A DNA stretch of 63,976 nt, filler included, from Octopus bimaculoides (lineage: Eukaryota): assembly GCF_001194135.2 (NCBI RefSeq). It is 4 parts of 3 records of this genome, joined end to end, with 100 filler letters (N's around TTAATTAATTAA, not from the genome) between each part and the next. Parts side by side here need not be neighbours in the genome. Positions count along the whole stretch, not along the records: positions 1 to 27,952 come from NC_068983.1; 3 more parts are not named here. One strand, written 5' to 3'. The notes under the pieces are model-generated. The model worked only from the letters and a program-made list of their open reading frames with translations, made no database searches and had not been told where the DNA came from. The position numbers and the translations under genes were made by a program. Positions 1 to 12,289 of the stretch are shown here, one piece after another. How positions within the stretch are numbered: position 1 is the stretch's first letter; every line of letters starts with the position of its first letter.

Positions 1-58
1 ATATATATATATATATTATACATATATATATTATACTGCGAATGGTTTTATTAAGCAG

Positions 59-92
<34 letters not shown>

Positions 93-667
93 TGCGTTAG
101 GCCACCGATATGATCATTTTTTTTTTATTATACCCTTATTTTATAAATATGAAAACTTATTAAATTCTCTAGTCAGTATATTATTGTGCGGTACCGCATT
201 TACTCCATACTATTTCTGACATTAACCGCATAGCCGAAATAAGCTAGAATGTATACGCGAGAAATACGTGTATGTATTGGTATCTATGGATGTACTTATC
301 GGTGGGTACATGTATTTCTCGTTTATATATTTTTGGCATATATACTTCTACGGATGAATGCAGAACAAATTCTTGCAGAGCATAAAATCTTGAGGTATTG
401 AGTTATCCAAACATTTTTTGTATATTTTCTTGCTCATTCCCTCGCGTTCGACCTGTGGTTGAATATAGAAAACATATCTCAGAGTGGATTTTAGGTAATT
501 GACATCTACTTCTATCGTAGGCCGCTGGTCACATTCAGTAGCCCTTAAATATAATTGTTTTTAAAACATTTAATTTTTACCTTTATGGTCAGTGTTATGC
601 GCTAGGCCACTGATATAATCATTTTTTTATTATATCCTTATTTTATAAACAGACAGACAGACAGACA

Positions 668-668
668 A

Positions 669-734
<66 letters not shown>

Positions 735-735
735 T
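668..735. repeat. (GATA)n tetranucleotide microsatellite
   Basis: Directly visible; also at 59-92, 40178-40226 and 49548-49588. Confidence 0.95.
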
Positions 736-879
736 AGTCTTGCTATGCGTAAGTGAAATATTAATGTGTACATATGTGTGGTTGTGCGTGCGCGTGTGTT
801 TGTGTGTGTGTGCGTATGCTAAGATACATACATACATACATACATACATACATACATAACATACATACAATGATCAGTT

Positions 880-1200
880 CGTGAAATCGCAGCGATTTGA
901 TCTACGTAGATGTAAGGATACAGATAAAACACACAAATGATACGAGTAAAAGGAAGAGGTGACAAACAAACAAATAATGCATAGAGTCAGACAAGCGAAA
1001 GCGCGTGCCTGAAAAGCCAAGAAATATAAAGCAAAAAATAACAACTGAGAAGTATACAATGAAGATAAATGTGCCAGAGGAAGAAACAGGAGAGAATCTA
1101 GCATTTCGAGGGACACCCGTTATCAAAAAGAAGGAAAAGGATTAAGAGATGCAAGAGAAAAAGAAGATATACGATGCCGAATTTAAGACGTCTCTTTGCA
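880..1200 (-). mobile_element. Probable decayed Penelope-like pseudo-LTR
   Basis: Minus strand of 1094-1130 reads tgataa-cggg-tgt-ccct-cgaaa-tgctagattc, a decayed hammerhead-like motif in a pyrimidine-rich tail next to (TACA)n. Confidence 0.3.
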
Positions 1201-1364
1201 TGCTATTTCTTAAATTCTATATCACCTGGTCTTCTATCGTTTGTTGTAAAGAAAATATGTAGTTTCTATTTAGTTGTATCGTGACATAATATATAACACG
1301 TGCTTAGAATATATACATTGTTTATATTTAAATGTATCATTTACATACAGACATACACTTGTGA

Positions 1365-1895
1365 TCGTATTTTCCGGCGTATAAGATGCACTCTCCAATA
1401 AGATGAACTCTATTTTACAAGTATATTTTGTGGAAAAACAAATTTAGAATGTTTAATCACACACTTATTAGAAGATATTTTAAAGTGGCTTGCTAGGGGA
1501 AATTCATAATTCTGTATATATAAATATAATATTGAGACAGTATACCGAAATAAAATATGAAACCATAAATTTATCATATATAAACTACGTTATGGGATTA
1601 TCACATCTCAGTTTCGCCTTCTCGATCATCTGCATAGTTATTAATATTTTAGCCAAGTGAACTGTCATACAGGATGTGAAACTTATATATATGGCTATGA
1701 AGTTTTGTGTATCCGTTTTAGGCCAATAGAGCGGTGCACTATTGCTATGATTTTGTTGTCATCCTCTCATTGCAAAAAAAAACCCCTAATAAAGGGATGA
1801 ACGTTTGTTAACATTCCATTCATCAATCTATGGTAATTTTTCATTTAGAAAAATTTTATAAAAAAATATTCATCAAGTGAGGCTTATTTACGGAG
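1365..1895. mobile_element. Decayed pogo/Tigger-like DNA transposon or MITE
   Basis: Left end cgtattttccggcgtataaga and degenerate inverted right end gcttatttacggagaaaag. Confidence 0.35.
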
Positions 1896-3540
1896 AAAAG
1901 TGATATAAGCTAATGTAACCTTCCCACGTAACTATCAAGGAAGACGCAAATTTTCGAAAGTTTGTGCCGGCAGATTGTGATATTTTGGCTTGTTTTCTTT
2001 TTATCCAATCCCCCTATAATGAGAGGCAAGGTTCTGGATATCGGTTGAATATTGCCTTTCTCCCATTAATTTCTTATTCTTCGTGTTGCTAAGGCTCCAA
2101 CAATCGAGTAAAGAAGTATTAGGCGAAACGCAGGTTCTCCATTAGTTTTTTATTTACAATATAGACACAGGTGTGGTATGTTGCTCTTTTGCAGCCATCT
2201 CATGCGGTATAAATTTATTGTTCTCCATTACGCGGGTCATGGCCTCAGGAGATGCGACAAGCGGACTAGCCTAGAGGCTCAGCCAGTGAAGTGTGCTCTG
2301 CGAGCAGTCGAAGGTCAAAGGGAAAAGAGACAGAACTTCGAGGTTTCTTTCCTTCTATAGTTTTGCCATCGCAAGCCTCGTTGTGAGCTCGTGCATGGCA
2401 AATGGATGCAGGTGAGATCTCGCTCCAGTCTCGGAGATGGTAATGGCTACCGCGAGATCTCATTCAATATGGCGCTGACTGCTTGTGCCGCTACACCTTC
2501 ATTTTTTTAAAAAAGTATTGTGTGATTTGAAGACGATGTTACTGTTATTTCTAGCAGACCTAACAACAACATAGGGAGCACTCTAGTTTTCAAATAAATG
2601 AGTAGAGGTATTTATTATTTAAACATCTGAACGTAAGGCACACGACACAGTGCTAATGACAAGATGCGAACTATTTCCCTTGTTGATTGTCTCATACTCT
2701 ACACTGCAGGACACGTGCGCGCGCGTATGTGTGAATGAGGCTAAATCTGCTTTCAAGCTGAATGGATAATTTACATACAGTTAAGCCTATTTCTCAGCAA
2801 CTTCATTGATTGGCTATGTTGATATTCTATATTTCCTCAACATTAGTTCTACTGATAATAATAGAACCATTATGGATATATCCTTGCAACTAGACTTTTA
2901 GTTTTACTAATGTCCCATTTAGATGACAGTAATCTATGTTTTATTACTGTTAAAATATTAATTTATCTTCATTCTCTGCAGTTGATTCCGAGATCATTTA
3001 AAAATAACTTATGCAGTGTAACATTTGCTGCTGTGTTCAGTATTAAATGAGTGGCTGCAGTCTGTTGAGTGTTTTTGGTAACAGAATCCTGATTAGATTA
3101 AGCTTAGGAAGCGATTGCTTGCGAAGTGAGGATTTCTGGATAAGCCATGCTCTTAAATAACCTAATGTTTAGGATTAAGTCCCTATTTGGTGTGAATATT
3201 CGCTTCACTAGGCAGTTGACTTTGAACATATTTTCACTTATTCTTTGCCGTGAGATTCATCAGCTTAAAAATATGTACTTCATAAAATAATTCTAAAAGT
3301 TGAAATTCTTTGATTAATTGAAGAAAACTGTTCACGACTTCTTTAAATTAAGTAATCATGAGCAGTAACCGATTGGATTGAACCTATGTTTCTACTAGAA
3401 CAGATTTATAAAACATGAAGGAAAGAGTTTGTATCAGCGTAAGAATAAATTAAGATAATTCACTTGAAGTGGAAATTGACTTGTAGGTAGGACTTACCGA
3501 AGTTAATCTCTCGCTAGATGGCGCTTGAAATATTTATAAT

Positions 3541-3752
3541 GCTTTCAAAGTTTGACACAAGGCCAGCAATATTAGAGCAGGGGTAAATCCTTGACTAGTA
3601 CTTTATTTTATCGACCCCAAAGGATGAACGGTAAAGATGATCTCGGTAGGATTTGAATTCAGATCATAAGGAGCTGGAAAAAATATTGCTAAGTATTTTA
3701 TCCGACTCTTTGCGTTCTGAGTTCAAATACAGATTCTACTAGCTCACCGCCA
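3541..3752 (-). mobile_element. SINE family A copy, decayed (partial copies also at about 19843-19940 and 31945-32075, minus)
   Basis: Reverse complement matches the family A body. Confidence 0.6.
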
Positions 3753-4079
3753 TTACTCAAAATATTCATCATAATGATTTCTTTTATCAAGAGGCTGGTT
3801 CAAATTTGGTAGGATATTTATTTTATCGATTCTGGAGAATAGATAAACAACGCCCAGTTACAACCTGATAAAAGTCATCCCCCACAAATATACACAGTGA
3901 ACAACACACGTCTCTCTCGAACCCTATAGCACCTCAAGCCAGCTGATTTGGTTGGACACCACCAGTATCTCTGACAAAGTATCTGCTTCATCTTGGATCT
4001 GTCCGAAACAACTAAGGTAATCTACTTAGGTATGTAGTTTTACATTCTTCACACATCCAAGTTTGTCTTTGTGGTTATG

Positions 4080-4250
4080 AGCGCAGGCATGGGTGTATGG
4101 TTGACAACTTTGTTTTGAAACCATGAGCTTCCGATTCTGCGGTGCTTTAGGCGAGTTCTACTACAATTATCTCGAGTTACCTATTGTTTAGTAAGTGAAA
4201 CTTGATTAACACTATGCGGTAGACCGTCTCAGTGCACACGCGCGTAAATA
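4080..4250 (+). mobile_element. Decayed SINE family B copy (a second decayed copy at 5490-5640 minus; a 5' fragment at 11507-11565 plus)
   Basis: Partial matches to the family B head and body. Confidence 0.5.
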
Positions 4251-4910
4251 TATATGTGTGTGTGCAAACGACCGTATGAAGTGAGGTGATGAGAATGGCT
4301 CCTTAGTACATCACACGGTCGATACAATAAATATGAAAAGGATAAATGGGTATAAGTGCCAGAAGGAAAAGAGAGACACAACCGGGCAGAATGTTTAAGA
4401 GAAGATTTTATTTATATGTTAACATGTTTGTGCGTCATATATACATAATAATAGACAAGCCGTCATGAGAACAAAGTGTGTGTGTGCATGGGCATGGATG
4501 TATGCGTGTGCATTGATTACAGAACATTGAAAGAGTCTATGATATGACGTTAGAAGAATGTTCAGACACAAGGATGATAAATATCAATTCGTAGTCAATG
4601 TACACGATAGTTGAAATGCTGCATCAAGAAGTTGTGGCTGTAATGCAGAGCCGGTTGAGGTACATGTCGTACAAGAAGCTGAGACTACGATGCTGCTGCC
4701 GATCACTTGTTACAGAAGTTCTTGCAGGTTGTATTTGCTGCTAACCAAGGTGAAGTAATTCACAAACAGTGTTGTGTTGGAACCTGTGCGAGTGTTGCTT
4801 ATTGCTGTGTACGTAGAGAGATGATGTTGACGACGTTAAGAAGATGATGGAGGCAACGAAGAAAGTGTGCGTACAGTTTGTAAATAATGTTTATATGTTT
4901 ATATTTAATA

Positions 4911-5391
4911 CAAAACATGACATAACATTTATTTGGCAAAACAATTCTTATGGCCGTTTACGCTTCCGATGCCAGTCGATGCCTACATTATCCTTAAAGT
5001 TAGTTCATATCACTGAATTTAATAATTTAAAAATTATATTGACCCTTACATGGGTGCAGTCACACTAGGTCCACTAACAAATTAGAACCATGGATATAGT
5101 TTTCATGTTCAAACAGTTTACTAAATATACTTAATATGCATTATATTATCCTAAAAGTTAGAATGTTCATATCATTAAATTTAATAATTTAAAAATTATA
5201 TTGATCCCAAGTGGGTGCAGACATACTATTTGTAATATTTGTAACATTTGGGTTTACTATGTAGGATTGAAAGTGTAATTTGACTGTGGAAAGTGTAATT
5301 TGACGGTGGAAAGTGTAATTTGTTGACTGGCATCGGAAGCGGAAACGACCGTAAGAATTGTTATGCCACATAAGTGTTATGTCATGTTTTG
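4911..5391. mobile_element. MITE with 67-bp TIRs and TA flanks
   Basis: 4911-4977 and 5325-5391 are inverted repeats (CAAAACATGAC... termini) with TA on both sides; internal direct repeat of about 88 bp and 3 copies of ggaaagtgtaatttg. Confidence 0.7.
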
Positions 5392-5879
5392 TATAAAATA
5401 ATAAGCTATAGATGTGGTCCAATTGATTTGCTTGTTGAGCTGAGGCTTTCTCCATTTTCTGATTACACACACACACACACTCGCGCGCGACGATTTCCGC
5501 ACTATTTTCATCTACCAATCTAACTCAAAAGTTAATTGTGAACCCGGGGCTATAGTAGAATAACACGTACCCAAAGTGTCTTGTCGTTGGCTCGATTCCT
5601 GCAACCAAGTCACCGTGAAGCAAACATTAAAAATACACAACCTTGTCCACTCTGATTTTTTTTTAGGTTCCTTTTTCACTGATATTATAATAACTTACGG
5701 TTATTGATACATTTTATGTATATCCTAAATTACAGAGTAATATTTGTGTCAACCCTTATTAATTGGCGAATGTGTACTATTGCGTATTTACACAGTCTCT
5801 AATAATATTGATATACTACAATTTTTTCTAGAATATATCGATAGAGAATTTTGCTTACTCTTTACTCTTTTGCTCTTTT

Positions 5880-6085
5880 TCTTGTTTCAGTCATTTCACT
5901 GTGGATCACCGCCTTTAGTCGAGCAAATCGGCCCCAGGACTTATTCTTTGTAAGCCTAGTACTTATTCTATCGGTCTCTTTTGTCAAACCGCTAAGTTAC
6001 AGGGACGTAAAAACACCAGCATTGGTTGTCAAGCGATGTTGCGGGGACAAACACAGACACACAAACATATACACACACACATACA

Positions 6086-6182
<97 letters not shown>

Positions 6183-6340
6183 GACGGGCTTCAGTTTCCG
6201 TCTACCAAATCCACTCACAAGGCTTTGGTCGGCCCGAGGCTATAGTAGAAAACACTTGCCCAAAGTGCCACACACTGGGACTAAACCCGGATCCATGTGG
6301 TTCGTAAGCAAGCTACTTACCACATAGCTACTCCTACGCC
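5880..6340 (-). mobile_element. tRNA-derived SINE, family B, with expanded internal (CA)n(TA)n
   Basis: Head gtggtaagtagcttgctt...cacatggatccgggtttagtccc and body ttgggcaagtgt...gccgaccaaagccttgtgagtggatttggtagacggaaactgaagcccgtcg; further copies listed separately. Confidence 0.8.
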
Positions 6341-7049
6341 TACGCTCGTTTTGTTTTTTTTCTCTTTTGTTTTGTTTTGTTTTGCCAATGCTATATGCAT
6401 AGACAGATACAAACACCTAGTCTGTCTGGTGTTCACTAAAAAAATCTGTAGAAGTATAACACTGAAACAAAACACTTCAAGCACAAAAGCAATTTATTAA
6501 TCTAGTAACATCGCTAATAACTTTCGGAATGAAGGTGTTTTGGTTTCTTTTCTCATTTTCGTAAAAACAGTTTGTTCTTTAATGATCATTTAAACCATTT
6601 AGGAAAAATTTTCCTAGAATAACGGAGTTAAATTGTTTCTTTTGTTTTGCTTTGTTTCTCAGTTTTATGCGTTCTTACAGTTACGATGACAGACGAAACC
6701 AGACGGGCTGAAAATGACGATGTAGGCAAAACGACAGTGAGTTGGGTAGGAGTAGGAACATTTCTGTAAACACACTATTATACACACACATATACACATA
6801 TACATCTGTATGTGTGTGTATGTGTGTGTGTGTGTGTGTGTGNNNNNNNNNNNNNNNNNNNNNNNNNNNNNNNNNNNNNNNNNNNNNNNNNNNNNNNNNN
6901 NNNNNNNNNNNNNNNNNNNNNNNNNNNNNNNNNNNNNGAGTGTGTGTGTGTGTGTGTGTATGTGTGTGTGTGTGTGATATCTAGGACGGTTAAAATTCGC
7001 GAGATCCACGGACGAGTTCTCTCCAGCGGTCTTTGTCCCTCATCATGTC

Positions 7050-7720
7050 CCTCTCCTAATGAACAACTGAAACTTCTGTCTGTGTCAGAGCAATTCTCAG
7101 ACAGTTCTTGAACATCATTTTGGGTTTATGTACTGGCCTTCTACCATCTTCCAGCTCACCATACAAAAGTTGCTTAGGACGTCCTTCATCAGTCATTCTC
7201 ATCAGATGTCCACCCCTCCTCAAACGACTTTGTAGAATCATCGATCCTATACTCCTACTACCACTTCTCTCAAGTACTTCCACATCACTGATAGTTTTCT
7301 CCAATTTATTCCAAAAATTTTCCTTAGACAATATTGATGGTATTGTTCCAAATCCCTTAAACGCCTACGATAAACAACCTATGGGATCTTTATGGTTTGA
7401 CGGCCAACATTTTTTTTATGTAGTGTTTTTGGTACCGAAACACTTTCAAACTTTGAAAGTGTTTCGGTACCAAAAACACTACATAAAAAAATGTTGGCCG
7501 TCAAACCATAAAGATCCAACCTATGTCTCACTTTCATAGAGAAATGATGGCAGAACACACGAGCACAACTTTAGTCTAGACAGATATACTATGGCGTGGC
7601 CAGAGACGCTTGTCAAGGCATTACTAGCCTTACTGATTCTATATGAAATTTCATTATCAAGACCAGTAATGCTCAGAGTACTCCCTAAATAAATGAATTT
7701 GGTTGCAACTTCTTCAGGGA
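7050..7720 (-). mobile_element. RTE-clade LINE RT C-terminal fragment interrupted by a MITE
   Basis: FIYLGSTLS...LDNEISYRISKAS...LPSFLYESET*VVYRRRLRDLEQYHQYCLRKIFGINW and LRRGGHLMRMTDEGRPKQLLYGELEDGRR; the frame is restored when the MITE and one TSD copy are removed. Confidence 0.85.
7384..7517. mobile_element. 134-bp foldback MITE with 8-bp TSD (Merlin- or hAT-like)
   Basis: Arms 7384-7450 and 7452-7517 are complementary apart from one base in a T/A run, with a 1-nt loop; AACCTATG is duplicated at 7376-7383 and 7518-7525; termini GGATC. Confidence 0.9.
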
Positions 7721-7734
7721 GTTGTGTGTGTGTC

Positions 7735-7774
<40 letters not shown>

Positions 7775-8789
7775 TGAGTGTACGCATATAGAGGTAATAT
7801 CTGTATACGTATTGATGTGTGTATTTATGTGAGTGTATGTGTATGTAAATATATATACGTATGTGTGTGTTTGTGTATGTGAGTTTCTATATATCTATGA
7901 GTCTATGTGTGCATGCATACATGCATACACACACACACACACACATACATACACTCATACATACGCATGAACATAATACTCTGCACATGTATTCATCTGC
8001 GCGCGTGTGTGTGTGCGCGCATGTGTAGCGACAGAGTGCGTGTGTGTGTGTGTGCAAATTTGTTCCGTACATATATGGCATGTCATTAGTAAAAGTCGGT
8101 TAGTGTTTGCAAATCGTGACGTTGGTTCAAGTTTACTCTTGGTGGAGTTATTACCAACATGCTCATGTTGATCATCTTAGGTCAGAAGACATTGTAAAAA
8201 CAATTCTTTTCATATCCAGATTAAATACAAGAAAATACGATGCCCACACTGATAAAAGACACCAGGAGTGTTATAAAAGGTATTGGTGGGGTGTAGCCGT
8301 AGTAATTGATTTAGTCTGGGTAATATTATATTAAATGATAAACAACCGTAAGTGAAGTACAAATAAAATAAGACGACCAAAGTGACAGGACATAGTTACT
8401 TCTTGAAGGAAAGAATATGAGAGAGAGTGAGGAGAGAAAGTTTGAGAGAATGGGACGAAGATGAAACGAATGATGAGTCTTATGTGACGTAGTTCTCTGA
8501 GAGTTGGGGAAAGAAAAAGTGGTGAATTTTAAGCAGTGTAGTGGAATGGTGAGGGAATGGTGAGGGAATGGTCTGTGGGGGCGGGGTATAATTCTTAGAA
8601 AGAAAGAGGGAGAACGAGAAAAAAGAACAAAAGCAATTCTATATGATGTAGTTCTAAGAATAAGGGTGGAGAGGTAAAGAGAGTGTATGAGAGGAAGTAA
8701 GGGAGAGGGAGAGAGATGAAGTTGAGTTTTTATATGGAGTAACTCTAAGAGAGAGAAAGAGAAGTTGGTAAATGTTATGTAGTGTAGTT

Positions 8790-8890
8790 CTCAGCCTCCA
8801 AATTAAGTTAAAGGTCGACAGAGCCTTTGTCCTGCCAACTTTGCTGTATGCCAATGAGACATGGACTTGTAGTGGAAAAGGTGTATCAGA
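8790..8890 (+). mobile_element. Short RTE RT fragment
   Basis: LSLQIKLKVDRAFVLPTLLYANETWT motif. Confidence 0.6.
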
Positions 8891-10850
8891 AGATGTTGAG
8901 GTAACAGATGCCATAGGCATGTGGATGCCTTCAAAGTAAACAATGGAATAACATCGGTCTATAGTTTAAATAATTTATTTAAACGGTACTTGCATTTGCT
9001 TGCGGTATACACAAATTTTCACTACATCAATTCGTTGCCAACTGCTTCGAGCTGGCGAAGAAATCAACAGGATACATCTGTGGATATGATAGGGTAGAAC
9101 TGAATATGTTTTCTGTCTGTGTGTGCGTTGGTCATTCAACCGGACATGTTTGCGTCTGTGTGTGCGTTGGTCATTCACATCGGTCGTTCATGTTGAATAT
9201 CTTAAAAATTATTGACCTGCTATCTCGTGGCGCGTCTCTGGCTTGACTGTCCCTTTATGGATTACTGTAGTTATAACAAGTCGCGGCAGCTAGAAGGACA
9301 GACATACCACAGGAGAAATTGTGCCTAAATAGGTCAACTCCTGTCCATTTGAACATCACCTGACATGGCTGAGGTCGGAGGTCAAAGGGAAACGATCCAT
9401 CATTTTTTGACAGGACAAAGAAATTTCTTTTGCGCCTGTTTGGTCAGTGGTGGATCAGACGAGCGAGAATCCTTAGATTCGGTTTCGAATCTAAGCTCGG
9501 AGAAAGGAAGTGTTAGTTTTACAGACTGTTTACAGCAAGCAGGCCAAAACGATTAATAAATCCCACCTGAACCACCCGTGCAAAACATTTTTCTCCTAAA
9601 TACACGAAATACTTAAAATAGTATCAAAACAGAGAATGTCAGATTTGTGTAATATGGTCCTCGGAGAGAAGAGAAATGGTTAATGTCATGTAGTGAATCT
9701 TTGGTAATAATGAGTTTGTCAGTTTTACATAGTATAATACCATGCTCTGTATCTCTGGCGAGATATAAAACATAACCAGTCATACCATTTTCTACCATCA
9801 CTGAAGCCATCTATACAGTCACCTGATTGCCAAAAACAGTAGTGAAACTTCCCTCAAATCATACTATACCGTTTGAAAATTAAAATCATTTGGGAGAAGT
9901 ATAAAGGAAATAAATAGTATCAAGATATTAGAAAGTATTTGACTTTGAAAGCAAATAAATTAATTTAGTAAACAAATTCATACTTGAGTCCTTCGTTCCC
10001 AGTGAAACACAGTTCATCGACGATTTTCTCCACTGTTCTCGACTCTGGATTGTTTTCTACATAAGGCCTTCCTCTTCCAGATCCGGTCAGTTTTGAGTTG
10101 TTACCGATGCCTTTGTAACTTTACTTTAATTTTTAGATAAGAGTGTTGGCCTTATGCAAACCCTTTTTCATCTCTAGAAAGAAAGGGTCCATATTATTCT
10201 GGACTCTATCCTTCAACCTGTCCAGTATAGAAGGCTCTACGAGAAGCTTGTGCTCTGCTAGCATAGTCCTCGGAGCCATTGAGACATACAAGTCAACACA
10301 CTGCAACAAGAACTGGAACTTGAGGTGGAAACAAATTTATAGTCATGTAAAATGGTAAAAATATATAGTTTTAAAGACATGTGGGTTATGAAGATGCTAC
10401 AAAACTTAATAATACAAGTAGGTACTACAGACTAAGAGAAGAAAATTGTAAATAACTATAATCATTAAGAGACGTAATTTTAATTATTGTCGTTAAACGA
10501 AAATTTATTTTAAAACGCCATAAAAGACTTTTAAATGACATAATTATTATATTATGCTATGGTTACTTAATCTGAAAAGACTAAATGATACTATAACAAG
10601 GAGACGTTAAATCAATAATATAAGAAAGTTGTAAAAAATTGTGAAAATGAATTTTGAATTAGGAAAAGCTGAAGTTGAACAGATTTGTGTTAGTATTTTT
10701 CCAGTGGTGGAAGAAAGCACATTCAAACTAAAGATCTAGAATATAGGAAATTCTAAAGTAGCATTATTAAGTCGTTATGAAAGGAGGCTACGTTAACAGA
10801 CATACGATTATATACTCAAATGTATACGTCCTTAAGTATATAACTATATA

Positions 10851-10854
<4 letters not shown>

Positions 10855-10929
<75 letters not shown>
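10855..10929. repeat. (GT)n microsatellite, representative of many dinucleotide arrays (e.g. 41041-41168)
   Basis: Directly visible. Confidence 0.95.
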
Positions 10930-10931
<2 letters not shown>

Positions 10932-10979
10932 CCAGCTAAACCATCATCGAACTGCGATGCATTAGAGTTAATCTTGACT

Positions 10980-11500
10980 TCTTATAGTAGCTGTTGAGTT
11001 AAAAATCATCTTTGGGTATGTGGGTTTAAGTGGTGTGGTAATTAGGTTTTTATGGTTGGTTGTTATGGAAAGGTGTTTTGCAAAAATTTTTAACTGATTA
11101 AATTTGAGGTTATTTTATTGTTTAGAATTTATTCATGCATGTAGAACTTTGTAAACAAACCTGTAGGTGTTTCTCTTTTGTTATGTAGACACAAGGTGTA
11201 ACAGCATTTTTTTTTTTTTTTTTTTGCATTTTGATATTATTGGATTTAATCCTTTTGCTTTGACAATGTAAAGGTCAAAGGTACAAATCCCAGTATTTAA
11301 GCCTTTAGTAACTGGGTGTGTCAACTTTCGTTTTCGAAAGAACGTACATAGTATAGGTTGGTCATCTCTTGTTATTTAATGTTATTTCTTGTTTTCATTT
11401 GTAAGGTTGGGGTAATTAGTCAGGCGTGTTATGCCTTTGCTAGTATAGAAAAAGTATTTGAGTAAAGGTTGTATGTTTTTATGTTTCTTTCAACGAAATC
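10980..11500 (-). mobile_element. Possible decayed Penelope-like RT C-terminal/linker fragment
   Basis: Weak motifs (LNTG, KH...IFN) in broken frames; highly degenerate. Confidence 0.3.
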
Positions 11501-12289
11501 AGGAATGGTTGTGTAGTAAGAAGTTTCCTTCTCAACCACATGGTTCTGGGTTCAGTCCCACTGCATCAGGGAACAGAGGAAAATATCCATTTTGAAGTTC
11601 AGTAAGATCTCTGGGTGAAGAGAATTCTTCAAGATCTTTCAATTTTCCGTCAAACAGAACATGTACCCCTGACTGATAATACTGCCTACATTTTTAAAGT
11701 AATATTCAACTAATATCATACGATACAATCTTTTCTTTCAACATCCATATAAACGTCGTGGCGTTTCACTTTTCCTGCATCTTAAAGGATGACCTGTCGT
11801 TGTTTAATTGCTACTAAGCGATGAAACAAGTGAAGCGTTACGAAGCGCTTGCGTCGTTTCACCGGAGGCCTTAAACATGACCTTCACTTCAGACACTATG
11901 GCTTCAATGTTATATTGTCCGATAAGGAAACAAGTGTTGCTACAAGTGCAAAAGTACCGTGCCTCTGTACTTGACTTGAGCTATTAGTCAAGATTTGTTT
12001 CAGGTCTCAATATTTGAAGGAAATAAGGTATGAACTTTACATTGACGCTTTCTTTTGAGGGGCCAGGGACGAGCGTATAATTAATACGGCACTTGAAATC
12101 ATTAGCAGCCAGATTCTCGTTATAGTAGAATTCTTCACATAATTATCAGATTTGTAACCTGATGAAATAAAGTGTTCCTGAAGATTCGTTGTGGTTGAGC
12201 ATCTACAAGCACTTGAAACTTCCATCACAGGGTTCCAAGCAACCCATAATGGTCAAACGCGCGTAGGAACTTTAAAATAAGAAACCTGT

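Noticed and set aside
2800-3300. LRR-like peptide TLHKLFLNDLGIN on the minus strand
   Set aside because: A single partial motif among frequent stops; insufficient support.
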